IMG/VR virus record: IMGVR_UViG_3300027754_000063
Location: 25,277-89,276 of that record
Reading direction: 5' to 3' (one strand)
Length of the DNA stretch: 64,000 bases
Source: a virus
The notes below the pieces were generated by a model that saw only the letters and a list, made by a program, of their open reading frames with translations, had not been told where the DNA came from and ran no database searches. This document shows positions 29,901 to 38,862 of the stretch, piece after piece (position 1 is the first letter of the stretch; each line of letters opens with the position of its first letter). Position numbers and translations under genes: made by a program.

Positions 29901-32065
29901 TGAAAATCATCAGCCCATATATGAAATACATTCGGGTTCTCAATTTGACCACCGCATGTGAATGTCAAGGACTTTATTCCAATAGGGCGTATAAAATTGT
30001 GAGTAAACCAAGAGCCATCTGGTTCTGCTGTAACCTGACACTTACAATTTTCAACAGGAGTTGTTGGAGGGGCTCCAGGATCTGTGCCGCATGTATAGGT
30101 GTGGGTTCCTATGGATGGTTCGTAACTATCAACGATGCAAACTTCTGGGGCACAACAATTCGGACACGTCCTTTGTAACGGAAATTGTTTCGGTAGATAG
30201 TTGGCTTGATTAGAATCGCTTCCAATCGTTGTGCCTGGAGGTGTTTCACTCTGTGTGGCGAAAGACCAGTATCCGCCGACGCCAGATCCACAGCGATTTG
30301 GTGAGTAGTACCCAGCTTTGTACCACTCGTCTATAGTTGGCATCCGATACGTAGGAGCTAAACCCGTATTTGGGTTTATGTCGTTGACGGTATATATTAA
30401 GTTTGATACACTTAGTAGTGTAGGTTGACCGTATTGGTCCAATGCACTCTCATCAAAATTGTATGCACCGTTTTCTGTTGTCGTTCCGTCTTGTGCTCCG
30501 CTCGGTTTGCCATTACTCATCCAATTGCAAAATCTCGCACATGAATCAAAGCTAACAAACTCGACCGGATGGTTACCAGCACTGTTCAAAACGGCATATA
30601 CGTAGCCGCCGTTTGTACCAGAACGGCTGATTGATGGTATATAAGATGTTTGATAGACTGTTGTGTTCATTAGGGTACTGTAGAGACCACCAACGGGATC
30701 AGTGGCAGCTACCGCATTTAAGAACTCCGTGTACTGATCGACCGTCACTGCGTACTTGCCGATCTGGTATTCGTATGACACGGAACCCGCATCTCGTGCC
30801 GGGTTCCCGCAAACCGAAGAAGAGTCGTACGCCGCACCGAGGATGGCGGCATCCCGCCGTGCCTGCAAAGCCTGCGAGGGTGACAAGCTGTTACCACAAG
30901 GGACCAGTAAGCCACTTTCTTTGGCGGCGTTTCCAGGATTGCCAACCGGCACCATGTCAGGGAGTTCTTCCATTGATGAACTTGCGAGGCGAAAACCGAT
31001 GTAGTAACCCCCGTAACGAGGGTCCTGCTCCTCGACCATGGGTCTGCTGTAACTCCAGAGGGAGGAATATATGCTGATATTAACAGTGCTTCCCGTGAAA
31101 CCAGTAGCTACACCATTAAGTTTAATTTCGATAACCTCTCCGGTCCACTCATTTACATTGCCAAACTGATCAAATGTGCCGTAGAAGCTCTCGCTGCCAG
31201 TAAATGAGCCTACGTCAGTTACGTGCCCGATCCAGTTTTCACTAGTCCAGATGTCTTCTTCTGATACTACTGGTTGGTCATTAACTAGCGTAACAGGCGA
31301 TGTATCAGGTACAAGAGCGTCAAGTTCTGCTCCACTACCTTTGTCTCCTCCGTCCCCTCCAGACAACGGAGTTATTTCAGGTGCTCCAGTTGCTCCAACT
31401 TTAACGTTCAAAACAGTCCAAGAAATGTCTCTGAATGTTCCTTGTCCTGGCAAGTCATTATTATCAAGAATATAAGATACGGTTGTGTGGTTTGTTTGTA
31501 CTAAGTATCCAGGAACGAGTGTTGCTGTACCTTGCCAAGATTTGTCGCCAAATTTTTGATCTATTATGGCTAATTCTCCAATATCTGAAAGATTAAATGA
31601 GAATTTGTCAGGACGATAACTAGCGTCTTTCCTTGTCCATACTCTATTTCCATTTGCTCGTATAAGATTTCCTTTAACATCATATGAGGGTCCATTCATG
31701 TCTGCTGCTGTACATTCCCAGTAAACAGTCATGCCTGTAATGTTTACTCTAATTTTATCGATTCTTCTTTTGTCTCCGATTTTAAAGTGTGCATCAAGCA
31801 GTCCTTGTGCATACATAAGCGGTCCTTTTCCGTCTATTGTGTATTCAGCAGGACTAAGATCTGATGGAACTCTATCTTCTGGATCGGTGCTAGCATTTTC
31901 AAAATAGAAAGTTTTTATTCCAGTTTCAGGCATGTCATTGTCTGTTGTGAAACTGTTACAGCTTTCAATTGACAGTATGTGTGTGTCTGCTGGTACATTT
32001 TCTCCTGTAACCTTAAGACCAACACGCAAGAATGCTGTCGGGCACGATCCGGCTATTTTTGTCAT
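26996..32065 (-). CDS. Large mosaic fibre/adhesin with FGE-sulfatase (C-type lectin fold) segments, Gly-rich repeats and a LamG domain
   Basis: FGE motifs VPVGNPGN, ARFCNW, PTxxEWYKAxYY, YGTFDQxGN, GFRLAS; LamG motifs GDFTLEAWVYP, WTHLALVR, FNGYIDDVRIS; GSGATA...VTNGGSGY repeats. Confidence 0.85.
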   Translation of the reverse strand: MTKIAGSCPTAFLRVGLKVTGENVPADTHILSIESCNSFTTDNDMPETGIKTFYFENASTDPEDRVPSDLSPAEYTIDGKGPLMYAQGLLDAHFKIGDKRRIDKIRVNITGMTVYWECTAADMNGPSYDVKGNLIRANGNRVWTRKDASYRPDKFSFNLSDIGELAIIDQKFGDKSWQGTATLVPGYLVQTNHTTVSYILDNNDLPGQGTFRDISWTVLNVKVGATGAPEITPLSGGDGGDKGSGAELDALVPDTSPVTLVNDQPVVSEEDIWTSENWIGHVTDVGSFTGSESFYGTFDQFGNVNEWTGEVIEIKLNGVATGFTGSTVNISIYSSLWSYSRPMVEEQDPRYGGYYIGFRLASSSMEELPDMVPVGNPGNAAKESGLLVPCGNSLSPSQALQARRDAAILGAAYDSSSVCGNPARDAGSVSYEYQIGKYAVTVDQYTEFLNAVAATDPVGGLYSTLMNTTVYQTSYIPSISRSGTNGGYVYAVLNSAGNHPVEFVSFDSCARFCNWMSNGKPSGAQDGTTTENGAYNFDESALDQYGQPTLLSVSNLIYTVNDINPNTGLAPTYRMPTIDEWYKAGYYSPNRCGSGVGGYWSFATQSETPPGTTIGSDSNQANYLPKQFPLQRTCPNCCAPEVCIVDSYEPSIGTHTYTCGTDPGAPPTTPVENCKCQVTAEPDGSWFTHNFIRPIGIKSLTFTCGGQIENPNVFHIWADDFQVWTGSQEEEGYVIALPFETKTIRLMIETQADPRCADNCSTFHFNVDVKEDQFTHGDSTENNTQPEDPVQAYVKSGSGVVFGNITVSSGAITGVGIIRGGADYGSGSNISFTTSNGSGATATIVTSSGIVTSVNITNGGSGYISTNDPEVSGYITASVVDGVGAEFFVVVSPEPSTSISGVNVVGFGKYDPKGGTGYGNGSKIIFTASNGSGATGIINTSNGVITAVTVTNGGSGYSHSSGGVILDVGTIKSTSAYGTFDQGGNGRELTSTWEGVNAILILNFEDELTDNSYFGLEVLGYNGSIGSPISITTSAEKKFGASAMACSGNFAYIAANEVFDFGIGDFTLEAWVYPTSQTLVGGLFSVGEYNDGILWRHGSNSDSLYISGNKSFTGSYNRSGATITITYVGDTSEIGGFADPIAERSHGFSVGGSVTITRLKYAQCTACLHDVTITYTILTVTDTAFTVAQSAHFNDSDGCSTSGYAEITGTSVLHYDWNAEVHAPVGSWTHLALVRNNAWLVDENTNNYRIYANGVNVYEFFNNTVITDPDSPATHDLTIGAGRHNLAEVFNGYIDDVRISSSAVYVEDSFDAPEQLEQDAEYIVRGVGLTGGRTLFPNKRSLYEIEDNRPDKRTKVFRSTNKHEISWDIENLSTFRIASFHKDFYDGNASLKLVNLIDIDEAGNNADVVESRFGDGLLSTKALKKNCGNVHYDFYISALNITVEQYMLFLQANVIDGSMQRIVDLDLIQDQEGANPNLSGQWLGIYFDSTLDILQIRSGMHKKPIATKWHAAARYCNWIHNGAQTPAVYTIVLTGTTTNGSSSVIFTADTDPGVLDVCIGMLMTGTGIDTGASVIDIPDYEDATIIMSAPATASGTVSITFHADTETGSYIFPNTSYYGEMSIEVMSDCWIPTENEWYKAAYYKNGVGGDEMRYNRGYFNYATASNTPPAGYYVQEGTFNVQNNTWSIP

Positions 32066-32081
32066 TTAATTTCTTTCTATG

Positions 32082-33362
32082 TTAGTTTTTATAGACGCCT
32101 CCGCGTCCCTTACGTGCAGGAGGAGCACATCCTACACATCCACGACGTCTTGGCGGACGAGCACCATCGCATCTACGGCAGCAACATGGTGGTTTGTAGC
32201 CGTTTGCTGCTGGATATGGGGGCGGAGGAGCACCATTGTTCGTTGCTCTGGAGAAAAACAAACGTCCTACAAGACCCCTACGCTGGCCACGTGGTCTGCA
32301 AGTGCTTGGAATGCACTTCGGTTCGGCCTGCGGCGGGCAAAGATAGCATCGTTCTGGTACTTCTTTAGGAGGCAGGTCTGGTACTGTACCTGATGGCGGT
32401 GTTGGTGGTAATGGGCTTTGTCTCGGCAGCGGAGTTATTGTTATAACTGGTGAGTCATGAGTTGTGTTTACAATAATAGGCGTGCGTGTAGTTGGAGTGA
32501 TAGGATCAGGATAATCAGGTCCAACAGTCATTGTCGTTGTTGCTCTCTTGTTATAAGTCTGCTCACCAAATCCAAACTTGTGGTAGCAATTCGCTTCCAT
32601 GGTATCGGTTGCAGGATCAAAACACCCATCAAACATTAATCTTGTTGGTTGGTATTCGTCGTCAACGTCAGGTGAGTTCGGGGAGTTATCTAAAATTCGT
32701 AAAACAGAGTCGACAGTAAGATCATCAGAGAATTCTGTCAGCATTTGGCTTACATTAGGAGCATGCTTATTGCAGTTGTATTCTCCATCTGGTCCTGTAT
32801 AAACATCCGGAAAACCAGGCGGAGTGTTGCTGCTGTACACGCACGGTTGTCCATATCCTGGTCTGTACCATCCCTCACAACCTCCAGGACAGAATGGTTT
32901 TGGGTTTGGTGGTTTTGGTGGTATTGGTATTGGTGTCATTGGGAGCCATGTTATTACTGGTACATGCTCAGGAGGGCTGGCACATGCACGAGATGAATCG
33001 CCTTCGTCGTATCCGTCGCAATTAATAAACCAAGTAACAAAGAATGAATTTGTTGGCGATACTGTGTCTCGATTATCATTTGACTGCATTGCATGGATTT
33101 CTTCTGCTGTTGCAAATGTAATTTTTTGAAAAACTTGTGCCGAACTGCAGTCATCTGTAAGCATTTCTTCTGAGTCTGCTATTTGCCCACAAGGTCTTAA
33201 TGGATGTGATGGAGGCGGGCTAACTTCCTCTTCCAAAGGCAAAGGCGTAGTTTCTTCAAGAGATTTAACGTATTCGGAAATTATATCTTCTGCATAAGAC
33301 TTTTTCTGATTCCATAATACTTTGTGTTCAAATTGAATTTCACTCATATATGGATTTGGCAA
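32082..33362 (-). CDS. Pro/Cys-rich hypothetical protein
   Basis: 426-aa ORF co-oriented with the fibre gene; GC-rich Arg/Cys/Pro tail; start uncertain. Confidence 0.65.
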   Translation of the reverse strand: MPNPYMSEIQFEHKVLWNQKKSYAEDIISEYVKSLEETTPLPLEEEVSPPPSHPLRPCGQIADSEEMLTDDCSSAQVFQKITFATAEEIHAMQSNDNRDTVSPTNSFFVTWFINCDGYDEGDSSRACASPPEHVPVITWLPMTPIPIPPKPPNPKPFCPGGCEGWYRPGYGQPCVYSSNTPPGFPDVYTGPDGEYNCNKHAPNVSQMLTEFSDDLTVDSVLRILDNSPNSPDVDDEYQPTRLMFDGCFDPATDTMEANCYHKFGFGEQTYNKRATTTMTVGPDYPDPITPTTRTPIIVNTTHDSPVITITPLPRQSPLPPTPPSGTVPDLPPKEVPERCYLCPPQAEPKCIPSTCRPRGQRRGLVGRLFFSRATNNGAPPPPYPAANGYKPPCCCRRCDGARPPRRRGCVGCAPPARKGRGGVYKN

Positions 33363-33506
33363 GGAAACAGTCCATAAGTGGAATGCAATGAATTGCCTTT
33401 AGCTCCTAAGCATTTTTATTAAAAGTTTATTTACATTATATATATTGTTTTTTTTAAATTTTATTATATATAGATTGTCAGTATAATCTACAATTTAAGG
33501 GTTTTT

Positions 33507-33548
33507 ATGCAATTTAATCAATGGTTAGAATGTAATAATACCAGATAG
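33507..33548 (+). pseudogene. Leader-only mini-ORF (MQFNQWLECNNTR), probable gene relic
   Basis: AAGGG RBS, leader like that of the next gene, stop after 13 codons. Confidence 0.4.
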
Positions 33549-33596
33549 CTACGAAGCAATTTTTAGAAAAATTATACTTACAGTACTAGGAATAAT

Positions 33597-34112
33597 ATGA
33601 ATTTTAAACAGTGGTTAGTTAGTTGCAAGTCACCAAGTATTTTTGAAAACTCTAAAGGCTTAGACTTCTTGCGGGCTGACAGCTCTGAACGTGCTAGATT
33701 CCAGTCCCTAAGTCAGCAAATAGATCAAGCATATGCGATAAAAGATTATAAAAAAGCAGAAGAACTAGAAGTTGAATTAGAAGACCTGTCTAATAATTTG
33801 GAAGATAAACTAAGTGATATTGGTCAAGAAGGTGGAGAGGAAGATGATGTTGATCAAGATTGGAGTGTTCAAGATGACTTTGCAAATATATATGCTAGAT
33901 ATTTAAGCAATAAGATAAGCGATGCTGATATTTTCCCTATTCTTAAAGATGCTATACTTGCACCTAATATTAATTTATCTTTTCCAAATATGAAGCTAAT
34001 AAATAGTCTTGACAAAGAGTCTTTACTTGCGATGGCAAAAGATGCTTATTTACATAAGAAAAATATGCATGCTTCTTTAAAAGGAGCCGGTAGTTTGTGG
34101 GGTAAAAAGTAA
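33597..34112 (+). CDS. Hypothetical protein with capsid-targeting-like leader and UVR-like coiled coil
   Basis: MNFKQWL start; IDQAYAIKDYKKAEELE resembles the UvrB/UvrC interaction motif. Confidence 0.7.
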   Translation: MNFKQWLVSCKSPSIFENSKGLDFLRADSSERARFQSLSQQIDQAYAIKDYKKAEELEVELEDLSNNLEDKLSDIGQEGGEEDDVDQDWSVQDDFANIYARYLSNKISDADIFPILKDAILAPNINLSFPNMKLINSLDKESLLAMAKDAYLHKKNMHASLKGAGSLWGKK

Positions 34113-36805
34113 TGAGTTTTTCTGGAATAATATTAGCTAAGGCGACAAGCAAAGATGGCGTAGATTCCATATTGAAAAATGGTTTTCAAACGCAAGAAAA
34201 GCATATATCTTCTACAAAAACTTTTGAAAAGCATGCGGAAACAGACACGGATCAAATGTATGGTGCTGGTTTATATTTTTCTATTGCTTATTCTATGGAT
34301 CAGGTAAAAAATAATTGTGGAAAGTATGCCGATACGTGGGGTAGCGAGATCATAATTGCCACCTTAAACGGTAAGTATAAAATACTTAATACAGCTTTCT
34401 CAATGCCGGAAAGCCATCCTATATGGAGTGCATCAACCGCTGGCAGAGCAGGCATTTATAACCAGCTAGTAAATCTTGGTATTATAAGCTTGTTTCCCGA
34501 TTATAAAGATGGCGATACACACTTTCCTTCTGAATACGGATACAAAATTTCTCATAGCATTGATGCGTGGGTTCACGAGCACAATCAAATCGCACATATT
34601 GTTGTTTATAACCCTAAAATATTAAAATATGTTACATCTTTTGAGTGCAAAAAAGAAGAAAAACAATTCAAAGTTCTACAACCATCAGAGAAAAAAGAGC
34701 AGCCAAAAATAGATCTTTTGCAACAAGCTGCACAGCGAAGAAAAGAAAAAGAAGCATTAAGTTTAAAAGTTCCAAAGGCTTCAAATGATCTTAATCTAGA
34801 AAATAATTTTAAAGCTTGGTTGGAATCAATTGAAGATTACGAGCCATTTAGAAGCAAGATAGATAAAATAGGAGCTAATAGAACATTTCCTTTTGAAAAA
34901 TGGTTTTCCAACTCAGAAAACGGAAGAATTTATATTCCCTTATCGGAGGTACAGGAAGAAGATATAAAGTCTACAAAATATTTACGTGATTATCTTGAAT
35001 CTCGTGGATATCAAATCATAGATTTAAAAAAAGGATATGCAAAGCAGGATAATAAACAAAATATTTTTAAAATAGGCAAACTTCTAGACACTTTATTATA
35101 CAAAGACCTAAAGCTATTAGATATAGAATTACAAGATAATAAAATTTCTTTGTTGAAATACAATAAAGAAAAATTAAATATGAATCAAAATCATACGTCT
35201 ATGAAAACTAAATTTGAGAATCTTAACTCTAGGGTTAGCGGCGTATTGTATGTTGTAATAAGCAGCAATATTCATGATTTAGCATCTATGAGCACAGGAA
35301 GAGGATGGAGTAGCTGCATGAATCTTGATGGCGGCGAGAAGAAAGACGATGTTTATTGTGAAGTAGAGAGAGGCGGATTTGTTGCGTATGTAATAAAAGA
35401 TAACGACAGAGAAATACAGCAGCCAATAGCAAGATTACATATACGTAGGTTTGACAGTAAAAAAGGACTTTCCATAGCCGTACCAGAAGAAACAATATAT
35501 GGAAAAGAAATAAATGGTTTTATAGAAAAAGTAAAAGACTGGATACAGTCTAAACAAGGAAGTAAGGCAGGTCGATATCGAAAAGTAGGTGGCAATTATT
35601 CAGATACATTTAGTTCTTCTAACAATATATTAATCTCTCCAAAAGAAGGCAACAAAATAAGGCAATGGCTAACGAAATGGCTTGATATTAAGCAAGAAGA
35701 TAAGAGCAAGTACGCAGATTATTTTAGTAAGTCATTGATTTCTCTTTTTAATTCTAGTGAAAAATATCCAGATAAATTTTTAAACAGACTAAAAGAATAT
35801 ATATTTAATTCTAATATATGGTATAAACCTACTAAAGGATTTGCACAAACCACAGATCAGTTCATGAGTAAATTTGCAATAAGGTTTCCAGACTTAATAA
35901 GCAAAGAAGATTTTTTTAAAGCTTATGCAAAAAATATAAACAGCGAAGGCGGTATTGGCAAGCAGCTACTGGAAAAATTCCCCCAGTATATTGACGAAAA
36001 GATATTATCAATAACATCAAATAGAAATAAGTCAGCAGTTATACAATCAGCTCCTCATCTAAGTCCTGTTCATAAAGAGATCATAGAGGACGAATTAGAC
36101 AACAAATTAACTATTAGTAATCCAGATTTCACTCCCAGCAATAAAAATGGCATATATCAAGTAAGAAATTACATACATAATGAAATAGAAAAATTATCAA
36201 TTTGGAAGCCTATACCAGAAAGAATTGCATCAAAGGCAATTAAGTTTGCAGAAGATATAATGCGTAAAGACTTCGATGAAGAAAAAGAAGGATCTAAAGA
36301 TGATAAAGACCTAATTACAGACTTTAAAAGATTGAAAATTTCTCCTTCTGATTTTGAAGAAATGAAGGAATCTGTTATAGAATCTCTTCTACACGTTTTC
36401 ACACAAACAAAAACGGATGTGCCAGTTGTACAAAAGTTCTATAAATCTTTGCTGCCAAATTGGGAGAAATATGGAGGAATAGGAATTATAGGATATGCCA
36501 TCTCTTCTCTTCGAGAAAATGGTCGACAATTTTTGCCATTTATAAAACAAAAGAAGCAAGACTTCATACGAGAAAACAGCATTGGCACTCCGGAGTCAGA
36601 ACTTCATCAAGGCTACAAGGGTTTGACACCACTAACGAACTCTGAGTACGCTAGGATTGCCAAAGACAAGGATGAGGTAGTTGAATCTTTTAACTATGTC
36701 ATTGATACATTAGAAACTGGAAGTCCCTCTAAAAAATATTCCATGAAATTTGGGGTTAATTATGACAACTATATGCACAGGCAAAAAAGAAGGACAACAA
36801 ATTAA
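34112..36805 (+). CDS. 897-aa multidomain protein with N-terminal ADP-ribosyltransferase-like domain
   Basis: LAKATS...SILKNGF...MYGAGLYFS...IVVYNP follows the PARP/ART pattern (His replaced by Lys); central DLASMSTGRGWSSCM domain; TAATG coupling to the upstream gene. Confidence 0.6.
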   Translation: MSFSGIILAKATSKDGVDSILKNGFQTQEKHISSTKTFEKHAETDTDQMYGAGLYFSIAYSMDQVKNNCGKYADTWGSEIIIATLNGKYKILNTAFSMPESHPIWSASTAGRAGIYNQLVNLGIISLFPDYKDGDTHFPSEYGYKISHSIDAWVHEHNQIAHIVVYNPKILKYVTSFECKKEEKQFKVLQPSEKKEQPKIDLLQQAAQRRKEKEALSLKVPKASNDLNLENNFKAWLESIEDYEPFRSKIDKIGANRTFPFEKWFSNSENGRIYIPLSEVQEEDIKSTKYLRDYLESRGYQIIDLKKGYAKQDNKQNIFKIGKLLDTLLYKDLKLLDIELQDNKISLLKYNKEKLNMNQNHTSMKTKFENLNSRVSGVLYVVISSNIHDLASMSTGRGWSSCMNLDGGEKKDDVYCEVERGGFVAYVIKDNDREIQQPIARLHIRRFDSKKGLSIAVPEETIYGKEINGFIEKVKDWIQSKQGSKAGRYRKVGGNYSDTFSSSNNILISPKEGNKIRQWLTKWLDIKQEDKSKYADYFSKSLISLFNSSEKYPDKFLNRLKEYIFNSNIWYKPTKGFAQTTDQFMSKFAIRFPDLISKEDFFKAYAKNINSEGGIGKQLLEKFPQYIDEKILSITSNRNKSAVIQSAPHLSPVHKEIIEDELDNKLTISNPDFTPSNKNGIYQVRNYIHNEIEKLSIWKPIPERIASKAIKFAEDIMRKDFDEEKEGSKDDKDLITDFKRLKISPSDFEEMKESVIESLLHVFTQTKTDVPVVQKFYKSLLPNWEKYGGIGIIGYAISSLRENGRQFLPFIKQKKQDFIRENSIGTPESELHQGYKGLTPLTNSEYARIAKDKDEVVESFNYVIDTLETGSPSKKYSMKFGVNYDNYMHRQKRRTTN

Positions 36806-37382
36806 ATATATTTTTTTGTTTTTTCTTTTGATACCATTTTTTTTAATTTATTTTTTTATTTGTCTAACAATTCCTTTGATTAAATTTGGTAAAATTAAAA
36901 AAAATAAAGGAATAGTTTTTTTTGTTAGAAAAGACATCATACACGCAGACTATGTCTTTCCAGTAAACTTATGGGAAGAATTGGAAACAGAAAAAAAATA
37001 TGTTGCTATAGGTTGGGGCGAAAGATCAATGTTCTTAGAAACACAAAAGTGGTCTGAAGTAAAATTAAATAATTTGCTAAAAGCTTTTTTTGGAATTAAC
37101 AAGACGGTTGTAAGGATTGAATTTTTAGATAATATACCAAAAAACAACAAAAAGTTTGAATGCAACTCAGAGCAATTTGAAACAATTAAAAAACATATAT
37201 TACAGTCATTTGATTTAAATAAACTTATATTAAAGAAAAAATCAGATTATCAAATAGGATCATATTATGAATCTGAACTTAATTATAACTTAATTTTAAC
37301 TTGCAATAACTGGATTAATTTAGGTCTTAAAAAATGCAAATTATCGAATAGATTTTGGTGCCCTTTAAGCTTTTGGATTTGA
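36762..37382 (+). CDS. DUF2459 (TIGR02117-like) membrane-anchored protein
   Basis: N-terminal TM, HADYVFP, YVAIGWGER, YNLILTCNNW; start chosen at ATG 36762. Confidence 0.75.
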   Translation: MTTICTGKKEGQQIKYIFLFFLLIPFFLIYFFICLTIPLIKFGKIKKNKGIVFFVRKDIIHADYVFPVNLWEELETEKKYVAIGWGERSMFLETQKWSEVKLNNLLKAFFGINKTVVRIEFLDNIPKNNKKFECNSEQFETIKKHILQSFDLNKLILKKKSDYQIGSYYESELNYNLILTCNNWINLGLKKCKLSNRFWCPLSFWI

Positions 37383-37383
37383 C

Positions 37384-37420
37384 AAAAGAAAAAAGCCCTT
37401 AATTTTTCAATTAAGGGCTT
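37384..37420 (-). terminator. Rho-independent terminator (copy 2)
   Basis: AAGCCCTTAATT...AATTAAGGGCTT, near-identical to 26121-26158. Confidence 0.85.
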
Positions 37421-37445
37421 AAAAATGTTTAATTTTTTTTAATTA

Positions 37446-37997
37446 TTATGCTACGGCTGCACTGAACGGAGTAGCTTCGGTACCAGTCTGAGTCAAGTAA
37501 GCTTTTACAACGAACAATCCAGCGGCAATGTCGAGTATTTCTACGCTGTCGCCTTTGTATCCACCTTGTGTGCTACCATCCATTGTGAACGTATCGCTTG
37601 TAGACGAGGTTGCCCATCCATTGCCTGGTTCTCCGTCGCCATCATCACCGAACGCCTGACCTTGAATTACGTCAGTAGCATTAGCGACCTGAATTTTATA
37701 TGAATTCGATGTAACAGTAGTATCTACATAAAATTTATAACTATTGCCAGATCCAGATGCTTTTGGAAGCGTTGCAACAACGCCAGCAGCTCTTGTTAGC
37801 ACTAGTGGTAAATTAGCGTGAGTTTCGGCTGTGATCGTCACAGTCGATGCACTTAGAACCACAGGTGCTGAAACTGCTAGCTTTTCTCTTGTTACTGCTT
37901 TTGCCGCTAAATTTGCGGTTACGATTTTATTACGAATAATTGGGTAAACAGATTCTATAGATCCATTTCCTGTACCCATTGTTGTTTGTGTGCTCAT
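37446..37997 (-). CDS. Virion structural protein, paralogue 2
   Basis: Shares MSTQTT.GTG.GS, PLVLTRAAGVVATLP.ASGSGN.YKFYVDT, TMDGST.GG and TPFSAAV with 26184-26891. Confidence 0.75.
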   Translation of the reverse strand: MSTQTTMGTGNGSIESVYPIIRNKIVTANLAAKAVTREKLAVSAPVVLSASTVTITAETHANLPLVLTRAAGVVATLPKASGSGNSYKFYVDTTVTSNSYKIQVANATDVIQGQAFGDDGDGEPGNGWATSSTSDTFTMDGSTQGGYKGDSVEILDIAAGLFVVKAYLTQTGTEATPFSAAVA

Positions 37998-38152
37998 TTA
38001 AATTCCTTTTTAAAAAGTATGGGAACAAAATATTCCCTACATTGTATATATGCAAATTGAAATCATTTTTAAATTATCTATTTATTTTTTTCTTAAAATA
38101 TGTTATATAGTGTTTTGCAATAACAGTTTACATCACAAAAGTAATAAATAAC

Positions 38153-38413
38153 ATGAATGGCAAAGGTTCCAAAAGAAGAAAAAAAATAGTTACTCAAGAA
38201 ATTTGGGACGAAAATTGGACTAGGATTTTCAAAAAGGGAAAAAAAATGAGTCAAGGTATTAAAGTGTTAATAAATACAAAAGACGGAAACAACCATGATG
38301 TTTGTGATTATGGTTATATTGTCAGAAGAATGAACGCACAGCTATATGAAATTTGGTCAGAAACATATCAAGTTTCTATGCTTCTTTCGCCTGATGAGTT
38401 TACAGAAATTTAA
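38153..38413 (+). CDS. Hypothetical protein
   Basis: MNGKGSKRR...WDENWTRIF; a second start at MSQGIK is possible. Confidence 0.6.
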   Translation: MNGKGSKRRKKIVTQEIWDENWTRIFKKGKKMSQGIKVLINTKDGNNHDVCDYGYIVRRMNAQLYEIWSETYQVSMLLSPDEFTEI

Positions 38414-38442
38414 GCGGCAGAAAACCACAAGCGGTTAATTTT

Positions 38443-38862
38443 GTGAAACAAATAATAAATTTAAAAAAAATTACTGAAATTAGTATGGCGTTAGCAGGCA
38501 GGAGTTTAACCAACAAAAGATGTAAACACTTTAGTTTTATTTTTAAAGGGAAAAGACTTTTATCAATAGGAATAAATAGTTCTAAAACTCATCCTGCTAA
38601 TTTAAAATATAATTATAGAAACAAGCAGAATCATAATATTAGTGAGTTTGTTGGAACCCACTCGGAATTAAGTGCAGTGCTAAGATTAGGACTTGAAGAC
38701 TGTTCTGGACTTACCATTGTGAACACACGTATAAATAGGAACAATAAGATAGATTATAGTTGTCCGTGCAGTGGATGCATGGAAATGATAAAGCAATTAG
38801 GATTTAAAAAAATAATTTTTTCCAATAAAGATCAAGGATTTTCTTCTAAAAGAATTTTTTAG
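38443..38862 (+). CDS. Cytidine/deoxycytidylate deaminase-family protein
   Basis: HSE...SCPCSGC zinc-binding motif. Confidence 0.82.
   Translation: MKQIINLKKITEISMALAGRSLTNKRCKHFSFIFKGKRLLSIGINSSKTHPANLKYNYRNKQNHNISEFVGTHSELSAVLRLGLEDCSGLTIVNTRINRNNKIDYSCPCSGCMEMIKQLGFKKIIFSNKDQGFSSKRIF

Noticed and set aside
26996-32400. Diversity-generating retroelement acting on the FGE domains
   Set aside because: No reverse transcriptase in the window and no template/variable repeat pair differing only at adenines; the two YGTFDQ segments differ at many non-A positions. A DGR elsewhere in the genome cannot be excluded.
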